DNA from: Bacteroidota bacterium
GTDB taxonomy: Bacteria; Bacteroidota; Bacteroidia; Flavobacteriales_D; Crocinitomicaceae
Length of the DNA: 64,000 bases
Direction: 5' to 3'
NCBI GenBank assembly: GCA_051745635.1
Contig: JBNJEH010000003.1
Span: 19,945-83,944 of the forward strand
In this document: one piece after another, positions 40,375 through 51,045 of the stretch
Numbering within the stretch: position 1 is the stretch's first letter
Layout: each line of letters opens with the position of its first letter
Notes under the pieces: generated by a model
Told to the model about the DNA's origin: nothing
What the model saw: only the letters and a program-made list of their open reading frames with translations
Databases searched by the model: none
Translations under genes and position numbers: made by a program

Positions 40375-40656
40375 TTAAACGATATCAGCGATTTTTTTAA
40401 AACCTGCCTCTACGGCATTCGCTGCTTTGTCAAAATCTTTTTTCGCCTCGTTCAATTGATCTTCGGCTGCATTTTTAATCTGTTCGACCGTATTTTCCAT
40501 TTCCGATTTTCTGTCATTGAGTTCCTGCAGACTTTCTTCGTATTTTTGTTGAGCTTCACCTTCAACGGCTGCTTTTTTGGCTTTCACTTCGTTAATTTTT
40601 GCTGAAACTTCGTCAATCTTCTGATTTGCTTTTGCTTTTAATTCTTCCTTGTTCAT
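40375..40656 (-). CDS. Small charged coiled-coil protein (sll1863-like stress protein)
   Basis: 93 aa, K/E/A-rich heptads; the family resemblance is by eye only. Confidence 0.7.
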   Translation of the reverse strand: MNKEELKAKANQKIDEVSAKINEVKAKKAAVEGEAQQKYEESLQELNDRKSEMENTVEQIKNAAEDQLNEAKKDFDKAANAVEAGFKKIADIV

Positions 40657-40719
40657 GTTTTTATAATTTTTGTTTGTCGTCTACATAACAATGCAGAGCG
40701 CTTATTGTTTTGTCAGGTC

Positions 40720-40751
40720 AAAAAAAAAGAGCCTCAAAATCAGAGACTCTT
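40720..40751 (-). terminator. Intrinsic terminator
   Basis: AAGAGTCTC...GAGGCTCTT stem plus T9 on the minus strand after the 40774 stop. Confidence 0.7.
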
Positions 40752-40773
40752 CGTTTACAATTGTTTCTGTCGT

Positions 40774-41493
40774 TTAACTATTGACTATGCGATCGTAATA
40801 ATCCTGCCATTGCTCATTTTCTTCAAAATAGGGTGCTCCCATGTTCATCATTTCTTTTGCACGTTTGTCTTGTCGCGATTCTTTGAGCACTTTTGCAGAT
40901 TCGTATAAACCGAGCATCATCAATTCCCGGTCTGCATTATCCCATTGCGACGGATCCGTTTCTTCCATGAGCTCCTTCCCTTGTTTCCATTTCATCCGGG
41001 CGGTAGCTTTATCCATGTTTCGATAGCGACAAACCGCTTCCAGGTATTTTGCAGGTGTGTAATCCCTACCAAATTTATAGAGTCGCATGACCCAGCCAAA
41101 TGCTCTGCGGTATTCTTCATTGCCAAATTCATTCTGAATTAACTCGAGCAGGGACATCTTGACCTCTACGAAGAATTCGGCATATTTTTCCTGAACTTCT
41201 CCATTTTCATCCTTTTTGAGTAGTTTACCAATGGCTGTTAATGCATCTTTATATGCATTGTCATACTTTTCATCCCGGTCGCCGATGAATGAAATTTTGT
41301 ATAGTCCATAAGCCAGATAGTAATAGGGGAGCACGTCATCTTCTGTGCGTCCGCGCATCGTGTAGCGCTCCGATTTTTTGATCAATTTCTCCCAGTCTGC
41401 ATCTGCTTTTAGAAACAGTAAATCCTGGTATTCATCTTGTGCGAAGGTGGTTGCGGTAATGACGAGTGTAATTACGAGCGTTAAAATTTTCAT
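40774..41493 (-). CDS. Hypothetical exported helical (TPR-like) protein
   Basis: Signal peptide MKILTLVITLVITATTFAQ; helical YYYLAYGLY / AKYLEAVCRY segments. Confidence 0.7.
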   Translation of the reverse strand: MKILTLVITLVITATTFAQDEYQDLLFLKADADWEKLIKKSERYTMRGRTEDDVLPYYYLAYGLYKISFIGDRDEKYDNAYKDALTAIGKLLKKDENGEVQEKYAEFFVEVKMSLLELIQNEFGNEEYRRAFGWVMRLYKFGRDYTPAKYLEAVCRYRNMDKATARMKWKQGKELMEETDPSQWDNADRELMMLGLYESAKVLKESRQDKRAKEMMNMGAPYFEENEQWQDYYDRIVNS

Positions 41494-41617
41494 CTTCTTT
41501 CTGTTTTTTTTCAATTCAAAGTTCAAGAACTATGCCTAATTAACTGTTTAACGAAATATTAACAGTTGAATTTGAGCTTCGGGTAAAAATAAGGAATTTG
41601 TTTCACCTGTTGATTCA

Positions 41618-42676
41618 TCAGTACGATTTTTTATCTTCCAGCAGATAACTCCAGTGTTTGAGTTGTGGATAATGATCGACAATCACTTTAATGACGGCCA
41701 GAATTGGCACTGTAAGAATTAAGCCGATCAATCCGGATATACTTCCCAATACGACAATGCTCAATAAAATTATGAGCGGATTAATATTGACACTGTTTCC
41801 CATTATTCGGGGTGTGATAAAATTTCCCTCAGCGAATTGGACGATCACAAATATTCCGAGCACACCGACGGGGTACCAGATCGAATCTTTGGTCAGCAGT
41901 GCTAAAATAACCGGTATAGTTGCACTCACCACAACACCAATATAGGGAATAGGAGTGAGGAGTGCAGTTAAAATCCCCAGAAATAATGCATATTCAATTC
42001 CCAGAAAGAAGAGCCCGAGGCCGGTCAGCGTTCCCACGACAAGCATGACGAGCACCAATCCTTTGAGGTAATGGTACAACTGATTCTTAACTTCGTTGAT
42101 AATGGCTTTACTGTCGTTGCGTTCATTTTTCTTACCGTGAAACGCTAGTACAAAGCGATACACGTTATCTCTGTAAAGCAGCATGAAAAAAATATAAATC
42201 GGACAAGTGATTAAAAAAATGAACGTGTTTTTTAATCCATTAAAACCGCCCTCGAGAAAGGTGACGATCCCGCCTTTCAGGGATTGAAGGTTTTCCTGAA
42301 TAGTCTCCGAATGTTCATTGATATAATCTGCGATAGCCTCAGAGGAGATGTCAAAGCTTTTTACATTGAGGAAGTCTTTGTTTGCCTGAATGAGCTGGGG
42401 CATTTCTTCGACGATCTCCTGCGATTGTATGATAATCACGAGTAGTCCGCCCAGAATGACTAAAGTGATCAGCAAGACGGTAAACAAAACCGAAAGTCCA
42501 TTATTTAAACCGCGACGTCTCCAGAATTTTACGATGGGCAAAAAGATAATTGATGCTAATCCCGAAAATAGAATCGGCATAATGATGTTACTGAGGAACG
42601 TGAGTGCAAGAACTATAATGGTGACGATGATTAAACCGTAAGCCGTTTTTTTTAAGTTGTCATCGTAGCTCTTCAT
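41618..42676 (-). CDS. AI-2E family transporter
   Basis: Multiple TMs, PIPYIG, VQFAEGNFITPRIMGNSVNINP, GLIGLILTVP. Confidence 0.9.
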   Translation of the reverse strand: MKSYDDNLKKTAYGLIIVTIIVLALTFLSNIIMPILFSGLASIIFLPIVKFWRRRGLNNGLSVLFTVLLITLVILGGLLVIIIQSQEIVEEMPQLIQANKDFLNVKSFDISSEAIADYINEHSETIQENLQSLKGGIVTFLEGGFNGLKNTFIFLITCPIYIFFMLLYRDNVYRFVLAFHGKKNERNDSKAIINEVKNQLYHYLKGLVLVMLVVGTLTGLGLFFLGIEYALFLGILTALLTPIPYIGVVVSATIPVILALLTKDSIWYPVGVLGIFVIVQFAEGNFITPRIMGNSVNINPLIILLSIVVLGSISGLIGLILTVPILAVIKVIVDHYPQLKHWSYLLEDKKSY

Positions 42677-44812
42677 TTATTGAGCGCTTTCAATGAGTAA
42701 ATCGAGAATATTGATGGCTGCTTTTGAAATTTTAGTACCGGGACCAAAAACTCCAAAAACACCAGCTTTGTAAAGAAAATCGTAATCCTGCTGGGGTATA
42801 ACGCCACCTGCGACGACCATGATGTCTCCGCGTCCCATCGACTCAAGTGCTTCAATTACTTGTGGAACGAGCGTTTTGTGACCAGCGGCGAGCGAAGAAA
42901 CACCAATGACGTGAACATCGTTTTCTACGGCTTGTTTAGCTGCTTCTTGTGGGGTTTGAAACAGCGGACCGATATCTACATCAAAACCAATGTCGGCAAA
43001 GGAAGTCGCAATAACCTTCGCTCCGCGGTCGTGTCCATCCTGTCCCATTTTTGCCACCATAATGCGCGGTCGTCGTCCTTCAACTTTGGCAAATTTTTCA
43101 GCCTTTGCCTGGGCCGTTTCAAAATCTTTATCTTTCATAGATTCACTGGAATAAACACCGCTAATTGACCGAATTGTAGCCTGGTAACGTCCAAAACTTT
43201 TTTCCATCGCAGCAGAAATTTCGCCCAGCGAAGCGCGGTGTCGGGCACATTCTACTGCATATTCGAGAAGATTTCCGTCACCGGATTTGGCTACCTCTTC
43301 AAGAGCATTCAGTGACGCCTTTACTTTGGTTTCGTCGCGTTCACTCCGCAATTGATCTAAGCGCTCCAATTGCTTTTCGCGCACCCGCGTGTTGTCGACC
43401 TCCATAATTTCCATGGGATCTTCTTGCTCGCGCTGATATCGATTTACACCTACTAATACATCTTTTCCTGCGTCGAGTCGCGCCTGCTTTCGTGCTGCTG
43501 CCTCCTCAATGCGCATTTTAGGAACGCCTGTTTCAATAGCTTTGGCCATTCCTCCGAGCTCTTCCACCTCTTCCATGAGTTCCCAGGCTTTTTCCACGAG
43601 CTCATCGGTGAGCTTTTCAACGTAATAACTTCCGCCCCAGGGATCAATGAAATCAGTAATCCCCGTTTCTTTCTGCAGAAATATCTGTGTATTGCGGGCA
43701 ATGCGCGCTGAAAAATCAGTCGGTAGCGCTATGGCCTCGTCCAGTGCATTCGTATGAAGCGATTGGGTTCCACCAAAAACAGCTCCCATCCCCTCGATAC
43801 AGGTGCGGGCTACATTATTAAAAGGGTCTTGTTCTGTCAAACTCCACCCGGAAGTTTGGCAATGCGTTCGAAGTGCCAGCGATTTAGGGTTTTCGGGATT
43901 GAACCGTCTCACAATCTTCGACCACAATAGTCGACCCGCACGCATTTTAGCAATCTCCATAAACTGATTCATTCCAATGCCCCAGAAAAAACTGAGCCGC
44001 GGTGCGAAATCATCGATGTTCAGTCCGGCTTTCTTCCCGGCTCTGATGTATTCCAAACCGTCGGAAAGGGTATAGGCGAGTTCTATTGCAGCTGTAGCTC
44101 CGGCTTCCTGCATGTGATACCCCGAAATTGATATCGAATTAAACCGCGGCATGTGTTGAGAGGTATATTCAAAAATATCGGAGATAATCTTCATTGAAGG
44201 AAGGGGCGGGTAGATGTAGGTATTTCGCACCATAAATTCCTTTAAAATATCGTTCTGAATAGTACCAGACAAATCTTTTTTATCGACGCCCTGTTCTTCA
44301 GCTGCAACGATGTAAAAAGCCATTATGGGAATGACTGCTCCGTTCATCGTCATGGAAACAGACATTTTGTCCAGCGGTATATCGTCGAATAAAACTTTCA
44401 TATCGAGGATAGAATCGATGGCAACGCCTGCTTTTCCAACATCTCCGACAACGCGCTCATGATCTGAATCATATCCGCGGTGTGTGGCGAGATCAAATGC
44501 GACGGATAAACCCTTTTGACCCGCTGCCAGATTGCGTTTGTAAAAGGCATTTGATTCTTCAGCAGTAGAAAAACCAGCATACTGGCGAATGGTCCAGGGG
44601 CGCGCCCTGTACATGGTCGAATACGGTCCTCTCAAATAGGGAGGAATACCGGAAGCAAAGTGGCGTTGTTTTAAATCTTTTATTGAATCGAAAGTATAAA
44701 ACGATTGTAAATCAATTTTTTCAGCCGTGGCAAGCGTCGATTGCGCTGAATGTTGTTCGCGCTCTAATTTTGATGCAGGCTTGTATGTACTAAAATCAAT
44801 TTTTTTCATCAT
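42677..44812 (-). CDS. scpA: Methylmalonyl-CoA mutase, large (catalytic) subunit
   Basis: [48 protein letters not shown]12-binding [18 protein letters not shown]. Confidence 0.96.
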   Translation of the reverse strand: MMKKIDFSTYKPASKLEREQHSAQSTLATAEKIDLQSFYTFDSIKDLKQRHFASGIPPYLRGPYSTMYRARPWTIRQYAGFSTAEESNAFYKRNLAAGQKGLSVAFDLATHRGYDSDHERVVGDVGKAGVAIDSILDMKVLFDDIPLDKMSVSMTMNGAVIPIMAFYIVAAEEQGVDKKDLSGTIQNDILKEFMVRNTYIYPPLPSMKIISDIFEYTSQHMPRFNSISISGYHMQEAGATAAIELAYTLSDGLEYIRAGKKAGLNIDDFAPRLSFFWGIGMNQFMEIAKMRAGRLLWSKIVRRFNPENPKSLALRTHCQTSGWSLTEQDPFNNVARTCIEGMGAVFGGTQSLHTNALDEAIALPTDFSARIARNTQIFLQKETGITDFIDPWGGSYYVEKLTDELVEKAWELMEEVEELGGMAKAIETGVPKMRIEEAAARKQARLDAGKDVLVGVNRYQREQEDPMEIMEVDNTRVREKQLERLDQLRSERDETKVKASLNALEEVAKSGDGNLLEYAVECARHRASLGEISAAMEKSFGRYQATIRSISGVYSSESMKDKDFETAQAKAEKFAKVEGRRPRIMVAKMGQDGHDRGAKVIATSFADIGFDVDIGPLFQTPQEAAKQAVENDVHVIGVSSLAAGHKTLVPQVIEALESMGRGDIMVVAGGVIPQQDYDFLYKAGVFGVFGPGTKISKAAINILDLLIESAQ

Positions 44813-46110
44813 TAATTGTTATCCATCATTTGTTCTAAAATACACATCGGACCCCATTGCGTTTCGGGAAGCGTTCCCCAACGAATGTCAGCGGGATTTG
44901 GGTTGAAGTAATTGTTAATTCCGACCAATGTAACTTCCTTTTTTTGAGTAATATCTATGCGATTTCCTTTCGTCTTATCAATGCGTGGTTGAAGTGCTGA
45001 TTTACCATCTTTTTCGAGCGTTTTAAACAATTCCCACGCCTCGTCTTCAATAGCTTTCGTCAAGGCCTCAACGGCGTAAGCACCACCTCCCGGGTCGATT
45101 ACTTTATCGAGGTAAGATTCGTCCCTGAGCAATGAGCCAATATTCAATGCCAGTCGTTGCGTATTTGTCAGATCGCGATCTGCTGCATACCAGTTATACG
45201 GCAGCACAGTAAGCACATCAACGCCTCCTATGACGGCAGAAAGCGCCTCGGTCGTCTGGCGAAGTAGATTCGTGTGGGGATCATTCAACGATTTGTTGAT
45301 AAAGCCCGTTTCGGCTTCTACGAATGCCTTTGCAGAACCTTCATTTTTTGGATTGTAGGCATCGACAATAGTAAACCACAGCGTTCTGAAAGCTCTGAAT
45401 TTTGCTGTTTCGAAAAAATAATTTGATCCGATGCCCAACCTGAAATAAATCGATTGAGCCGCTTTATCGACGGAAATATTGTTGTGAATAAGTTGGTAGA
45501 GCACATCGTGTCCAGTGTGAAGCGCATAGGCGAGTTCCTGCACGATATTTCCGCCCGCTTTCTGGACTTCACCGGCATCAACCAGGTGATTCCGTTCGAA
45601 TTGAATAAAATCCTGATCCAGTCCGATGGCTTGACGGTTGTCGACACGAATAGCAGCGCTCGTTGAATCAAATGTTTTGAGTAGCCAGTCTGCCTGCTCT
45701 TTTGTCCGACAAATAAATTCAGTACTGATGTATTCAAAACCAATGCCCTTAATGAGTTGATCACATTCGTTACTGGAGAACTTGCCGAGATCGATTCTGA
45801 GTCCATCGGCACCGTTCATCAGATAGTGGAGCATGTTTTTGTTAGCCGTTTTAGCATTGCTTTCAGCGCTCACTAAATTGTTGATCCAATTGTTGGAGGA
45901 GTGTTTTTTACCGCGAACAAAAGGAGGAATGTCTGGCTGTGTATGTTTGGCATCGGTACTGGCCATACCGTAGGAAGAAAATGCGATTTCCTCAATCGGG
46001 TGGGTGCTCTCCAACACATCGCCGGGTGATTTTCCCTTTAAGTCTTTTTCTACCTTTTTGAGCCAATCTTCTCGGCTGACCGGGCTAAAATCACTGTAAA
46101 AATCACTCAT
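44812..46110 (-). CDS. mutA: Methylmalonyl-CoA mutase small subunit (barrel only)
   Basis: [59 protein letters not shown]; stop overlaps the start of the large subunit. Confidence 0.88.
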   Translation of the reverse strand: MSDFYSDFSPVSREDWLKKVEKDLKGKSPGDVLESTHPIEEIAFSSYGMASTDAKHTQPDIPPFVRGKKHSSNNWINNLVSAESNAKTANKNMLHYLMNGADGLRIDLGKFSSNECDQLIKGIGFEYISTEFICRTKEQADWLLKTFDSTSAAIRVDNRQAIGLDQDFIQFERNHLVDAGEVQKAGGNIVQELAYALHTGHDVLYQLIHNNISVDKAAQSIYFRLGIGSNYFFETAKFRAFRTLWFTIVDAYNPKNEGSAKAFVEAETGFINKSLNDPHTNLLRQTTEALSAVIGGVDVLTVLPYNWYAADRDLTNTQRLALNIGSLLRDESYLDKVIDPGGGAYAVEALTKAIEDEAWELFKTLEKDGKSALQPRIDKTKGNRIDITQKKEVTLVGINNYFNPNPADIRWGTLPETQWGPMCILEQMMDNN

Positions 46111-46132
46111 AAACCAATTTATTGCTTTCGGT

Positions 46133-46140
46133 CAAAGATA
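46133..46140 (-). promoter_or_regulatory. Bacteroidota -7 promoter element for the mutase operon
   Basis: TATCTTTG 22 nt upstream of ATG 46110. Confidence 0.6.
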
Positions 46141-46716
46141 GGAATAAATTTCAGTTTTTCCCCATGAAAAAGCTACGACTTTAAACGGAAAATGATCTGT
46201 CTGCGGCGTTTTTACTTACCTTTTTGATTGCTCAAACAAAAACACTTTCAGTCAAAAAATGTAAATCTTATTGCTTATTTCATCTGCGACCTGAAGTCTT
46301 GACGCTGTGAATTTAACCCACATTATTCACCAATCCTTATAATACATGTTTTTAGAACGCTAAATATCAATTGGTTTCATATGATATCTACTGTTTTAAC
46401 CATACCCAGTTTTGGGGATTGAAATTTTGTCAGATTTTGATTAAATTTTGACCTATTTGTCGTTATACCGAATGCGATTATAAATGTCGCCTTAAGGCTC
46501 CTTTAAATCAGCTTCGGCATAATACCCAGAGGTTTTTTAAATGCGACATCACAAAACTAAATTGGTATTACAAACCCCGTGAAATATGCATATATTCCTT
46601 TGAGGCTTGCGCCTAAAATAGCTTCAAAATTTAATTCATGAACCGAGCTTGTCTGCTGAGTTCACCGAATGCATGCGAGCTCAACGAAGTTAATAATGCG
46701 GGTTAAAAAGATCTAC

Positions 46717-47088
46717 CTATTGAGAACTCGCTCGTGCAGACTTCTCTTGCTCTGCCAATGTCCAGTCATCCGTAGCAGTTGTTTGAATCCAGGTGTCTCC
46801 CTGTTTTTTGTATACCTGAACGTGAGCACCGTATAACTCGGCAAACTGTGATTCGAGTGTTCGCGTTTTCAAATTGCCATGAACAGAGATAGTGTCTATG
46901 ATTCCTTCTTTTCGAATGTCGCGCAGTCGAAATGCCGGATCGATTTTATGCTTTTCGGTGCTGCCTTCACCACTGCGATGAGCGCGCTCGAAAAATTCAA
47001 TTTTCAAGTGGGGGAAACGAGCAGAAAATTGATCTTTAATTTCCTGAAGTGTCATAAAATCGTCGTCGATGTGAATAGTCTTTTCCAT
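46717..47088 (-). CDS. Hypothetical protein (two similar halves)
   Basis: 123-aa ORF; TLQEIKDQFSARFPHLKIEFF resembles TRTLESQFAELYGAHVQVY. Confidence 0.7.
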   Translation of the reverse strand: MEKTIHIDDDFMTLQEIKDQFSARFPHLKIEFFERAHRSGEGSTEKHKIDPAFRLRDIRKEGIIDTISVHGNLKTRTLESQFAELYGAHVQVYKKQGDTWIQTTATDDWTLAEQEKSARASSQ

Positions 47089-47194
47089 TATTCAGATTTT
47101 ATTAAAAAATAATTGTATATATTCACAAAAGTCACAAGTTGCTATGATCTGTAATACGATACAAGTCAATTTTTATTATGATAAAAGTCAGTTT

Positions 47195-48178
47195 ATGTTT
47201 AATTTCAGGTCAAATAAACTTTTGATTGTTAGTGTTTTATTGTTTTTGATAGGAGTTTGTGCTTGTTCTGATGCGGCTCAACCGTCAAAATCCGGCGATG
47301 CTCAACAATCCAGAGAAGTTAAATCAGCTACAAAGGATCAGGAAGATACAATTTTCACACCTGGTCATGCCTCCGAAACGGAATACGATGTAAGTACTTT
47401 TGCCGGCGAGGCGGAAATCGCTACGTACACACTTGAAAGAGCGCGCTACGATGGACTGCACCCTGGAGAAGCCGTCCTTATTTTCGTTTCCGAAGCTTTT
47501 TTGTGGAAGGAGCAACAGGTAAAAGCCGATGATCCAGCGGGCAAGAACACCGTCAACGTCTTAAAATTGAATCGAATTGATCGTTTTACAACGGGAATTT
47601 ACGACTATTCGATGTACACTTCAGTTTTTACACCAACTGAAAAATATGATCCCGCTTACCCGATGAAGGTCACTTTCAGCAGTCAGGACTGGTGTGGACA
47701 GGTTTTCGCACAAATCAACAACGACGCTGGTTTTCGTTATCGACATTTTTCCTACTTCGAAAATGAAGGCGATCGGAAAAAGAAGGTAGAATACGCCATA
47801 GCGGAAGACAATATCATGAATATCTGCCGGATCAATGACACATTACTGCCAACAGGTGACTTTCAGATGATTCCATCGATGAGTTACCTGCGAACGGCGC
47901 ATCGGACGTTTCAGTCGTATTCGGCACACGGCGCTATTGATCGCACAGACAGCGTCGTTTATTACAATTATGAAATTCCCGAACTGAAACGGAGTGTTCG
48001 CCTGGAATTAGATCCCCAGAAGAACAATCAAATTCGCTCCTGGACGGAATCTTACCCGACCGTTTTTGATGGTCAGATAAGAACTTCGACCTATCGTTTA
48101 AAATCCAGCGTAAAAAAAGACTACTGGAATTTTAACAGTCCTGAAGATGCCAAAATGCGGAATCAACTGGGTTTATAG
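47195..48178 (+). CDS. Hypothetical lipoprotein
   Basis: Hydrophobic signal with a VCAC lipobox; AEIATYTLERARY, VLKLN..RFTTGIYDYSMYTSVF, SQDWCGQVF. Confidence 0.75.
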   Translation: MFNFRSNKLLIVSVLLFLIGVCACSDAAQPSKSGDAQQSREVKSATKDQEDTIFTPGHASETEYDVSTFAGEAEIATYTLERARYDGLHPGEAVLIFVSEAFLWKEQQVKADDPAGKNTVNVLKLNRIDRFTTGIYDYSMYTSVFTPTEKYDPAYPMKVTFSSQDWCGQVFAQINNDAGFRYRHFSYFENEGDRKKKVEYAIAEDNIMNICRINDTLLPTGDFQMIPSMSYLRTAHRTFQSYSAHGAIDRTDSVVYYNYEIPELKRSVRLELDPQKNNQIRSWTESYPTVFDGQIRTSTYRLKSSVKKDYWNFNSPEDAKMRNQLGL

Positions 48179-48329
48179 TAGATTTCATGAGCGAACTATT
48201 ATAGAAGACGATTGTTTCATTTAAAAAAGCTTAAAATGTCGTGCTGAATTAGGAGGTCAGTTTTAAATTCACTATATTGGCGAAAACTGGATCGTTCAGT
48301 GATTTGTTTAATTAAAAAGAAAAGAAATT

Positions 48330-48557
48330 ATGGGAAGACCGCCAACAAAACCAGCGAAACTAAAAGATGGTTTTTATATAGAAGTTCGAAATGAAGGTTC
48401 GAAATCAACAGGAATTAAAATTCGTCGGGATACGCGCGAAGAGATGATGATGGCTGTAGAAGATTACAGTCGCATTAAAGATGTGAGTATTCTGGGAGAA
48501 TTAAAAAATGATAAGTGGGTGGACAAAAAAGAGAAGAAGAAAAAACTCAAGAAATAA
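48330..48557 (+). CDS. Small basic hypothetical protein
   Basis: 75 aa, AT-rich translation initiation region, own terminator, TATATTGG promoter-like box upstream. Confidence 0.75.
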   Translation: MGRPPTKPAKLKDGFYIEVRNEGSKSTGIKIRRDTREEMMMAVEDYSRIKDVSILGELKNDKWVDKKEKKKKLKK

Positions 48558-48576
48558 GCCACGCACGAAAGAATTG

Positions 48577-48612
48577 AAAAGTCCCTTTTTAAAACGATAG
48601 GGACTTTTTTTA
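48577..48612 (+). terminator. Intrinsic terminator
   Basis: AAAAGTCCCT / AGGGACTTTT stem plus T run. Confidence 0.75.
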
Positions 48613-48643
48613 TGTTCTATAATCAATAATTAAAGGTGCTCAC

Positions 48644-49531
48644 ATGAAAAAATTAAACGCGTTTGGTCCCTGGATCTTACTGTTCCTGGTATTGCTTTCG
48701 GCGATTCCCGTCATACTTCACTACAAAGGTTTTAACATTGCGAAAATACTGGGAGTCATGGTCGTGATTGGTATTGTTGCCGCTCTCTGGGTTTGGCGCA
48801 TTAATACGCGCAAGAAGGCGCCGCGCAACGAACGCATTCAAATTGATACCAACGATAAATTCTGGCTCAATGAAAAAATTTCTTTTTATCGGAAATTAAA
48901 AAAAGACGATCAAAAGACGTTTCGCGATCGACTGGGTATTTTTCTGGCTGATGTAACAATCACTGAAGTAGGGAAGGACCAACCGGAGAAATCGACCTGT
49001 TTGTATGTTGCCAGCAGTGCCGTCATTGCATTTTGGGGGTTACCATATTGGAACTATGCTGACTTGCAGGAGGTTATTGTTTATCCTTCCAATTTTGATG
49101 AGGACAATCAGCTCAATAAACGCGGCATGATCGGCGGAAAAGTTTACCACGGCGGTATTATGGATCGCACGATGATTCTGTCTCTCCCCGAATTGAAAAA
49201 AGGATTTGCCATTGATAATGACAAGAAAAATGTGGGTGTACATGAATTTGCACACTTGCTGGACAAATCAGATGGCTCGCTGGACGGTGTTCCTCCTGAA
49301 ATGGGCGAAAATGACCGAAAAATCTGGACAAAACTGATGGATGAAGAGATGAAAGCTATCGACAACGATGATTCCACCGTGCCGGATTATGGAGCCACGA
49401 ATAAAGTCGAGTTTTTTGCAGTCATCACTTCTTACTACAAAGAATGTCCAAAGCTTCTCAGCCTAAAGCATCCCGAGTTGTTCGAAGTACTCGAACGCTA
49501 CTACGGTTCCGAACAGGCTTCTGACGAATAG
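48644..49531 (+). CDS. Zinc-dependent peptidase, M90/MtfA family, with N-terminal TMs
   Basis: EVIVYPSNF, ILSLPEL, NVGVHEFAHLLD (HExxH), YGATNKVEFFAV. Confidence 0.88.
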   Translation: MKKLNAFGPWILLFLVLLSAIPVILHYKGFNIAKILGVMVVIGIVAALWVWRINTRKKAPRNERIQIDTNDKFWLNEKISFYRKLKKDDQKTFRDRLGIFLADVTITEVGKDQPEKSTCLYVASSAVIAFWGLPYWNYADLQEVIVYPSNFDEDNQLNKRGMIGGKVYHGGIMDRTMILSLPELKKGFAIDNDKKNVGVHEFAHLLDKSDGSLDGVPPEMGENDRKIWTKLMDEEMKAIDNDDSTVPDYGATNKVEFFAVITSYYKECPKLLSLKHPELFEVLERYYGSEQASDE

Positions 49532-50210
49532 ATTTGACACTATAAAAATAAACGGCAATCCAACGGCTGCGCGGTTTGAAAGAGCGCACACCACTTTTTC
49601 TATTCTTGAGCTGACGGGAAAATCTTTAGGTTCTACCACGAATTTAGTGGGTAAGGACAGCGTAAAAGCATTCAAAATATCCCTTGAGTGGCTTTTTGTC
49701 ACGGTTTTTGTCCTTCGACATTTTTCAAATAATTAAATTTGAAAGCTCAGGAACCACAAAAACACGCGCCAAAAAGTATTTCTTCATAATCTTGTGGCGA
49801 TAGATAGGTGCCTTTCATAATTGCCCTTCCCTAAAATATAATTATCCGTTTTATACTACCAATTAAATACGTGATAGAACCAATCTTTATTGGCTTATGC
49901 CACAATTTGATGGTTGGTAAATCGGAATAGTCTCAAAAGTTGGGGAGAGCGTAAAGAGTTAAAACTTTTTTGAAAAGAATTACCGATTTAGATCATCGAA
50001 TTAAGCAGTATACTTTTCAGTTCGTACAAGATTGTTTTATTTCGCACCTCCTGATGAGTAGAGCCATCGGGAATAGCAACGGAAAATGAGAGTCTAAGAA
50101 CAAATGATTTAGGTAGGCAATATAGTTATCTTAAGCATAAAATTTAATAGACCGGGAGGTTGCGCATAGGAAAATCAGTTCGGGGTACCCACTACCTGAA
50201 AACTTCGCGA

Positions 50211-50321
50211 TCTCGATACGATACTGATGCTTCGTTTCACTTCGATCAGCATCACTCGATCGCCTTGCATAATGGTAAGGTGATCGAGTGCTGCGTAATG
50301 TAATGAAGCAGAGTATCGAGA
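50211..50321. repeat. REP-like nested hairpin
   Basis: TCTCGATAC...GTATCGAGA outer arms and CACTCGATCGCC...GGTGATCGAGTG inner arms. Confidence 0.7.
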
Positions 50322-50364
50322 GCACCGAAATAGAGCAGATTTTCCAAGCGCTAGACTTTTTTGT

Positions 50365-50395
50365 TTTACTTTTTTTGGCAATGAAAAAAAGTAAA
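50365..50395. repeat. AT-rich hairpin
   Basis: TTTACTTTTTTT-GGCAATG-AAAAAAAGTAAA, a perfect 12-bp stem. Confidence 0.55.
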
Positions 50396-50508
50396 GAAGG
50401 TCAAAAAGAAAAATTACTTCGATGATTGACCGAAATTTATGCACAGTCCCCAACTTTTGGTCTTGATCCGGTAAATATGCAAATCCTCAGGTCATCAGGG
50501 TTGGTGGA

Positions 50509-50545
50509 TAAAAAGAAAAGCCAATACCGGGTGGTATTGACTTTT
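50509..50545 (-). terminator. Intrinsic terminator after the small lipoprotein
   Basis: AAAAGTCAATACC / GGTATTGGCTTTT stem plus T run on the minus strand. Confidence 0.65.
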
Positions 50546-50570
50546 CAGCGCTAAACTATACTACAAAAAA

Positions 50571-50780
50571 CTATTTGCTTGCCTTGCAACCGTAGTAACA
50601 AGTTTGAGGGGCAAGCACCTCGTTGGACTTATCTTGGTCCATTTTAGACCTAGGTTCTGGTATATCTTGAATATCGTTCACTGCAATCTCGTTTGCTTTA
50701 ATATTTTCGTCGTTCGTACATCCCGTATTCAACCAAAAAAGAGTAATTAAAAGTCCGGTATGTGCAATACGCTTTATCAT
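50571..50780 (-). CDS. Small putative lipoprotein (69 aa) ending CYYGCKASK
   Basis: Basic n-region, hydrophobic h-region, NTG-C followed by acidic TNDEN; TACATTTG box 4 nt upstream; terminator downstream. Confidence 0.55.
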   Translation of the reverse strand: MIKRIAHTGLLITLFWLNTGCTNDENIKANEIAVNDIQDIPEPRSKMDQDKSNEVLAPQTCYYGCKASK

Positions 50781-51045
50781 GATTCAAATGTACTGTTGTA
50801 TTCCGCCAATAAAAAAGGTAAAATGATGAAACGACGCTATAAATTCACGAATGAACGCTACGGATTCACGAATGACATTTATAGGGCTTGGATTTTCGGC
50901 AGAGAACTACCAGGAAGGAGGAAAATAGTCCCATCTTCGAGTGCTTCTTCTCTTCTTTTGATCAAATTGAACGTGGCACACTTACTTTACATGACCGATT
51001 CCCTGGAACATGCACAATAAATGCTCAGGTATTGGCGGATAAAAA

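Noticed and set aside
44812-46110. Truncated or pseudogenised mutase subunit
   Set aside because: The frame is intact and coupled to the large subunit; to my knowledge a shortened small subunit lacking the B12 domain is normal in Flavobacteriales.
46260-46716. Hidden gene or riboswitch upstream of the mutase operon (a B12 riboswitch would be plausible)
   Set aside because: No cobalamin-riboswitch core (GGGAA...GCCACTG) found, the mutase promoter lies downstream at 46133, and no credible ORF; only a degenerate REP-like fragment near 46640-46690.
50051-50086. Hammerhead ribozyme core (CTGATGA...GAAA)
   Set aside because: Stem II does not close (G...C before GAAA is missing; the sequence is CGGAAA), and I could not find stems I and III.
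50131-50453. ORFs 50131-50325 and 50175-50453
   Set aside because: They read through REP-like hairpins and have no coding-like composition.
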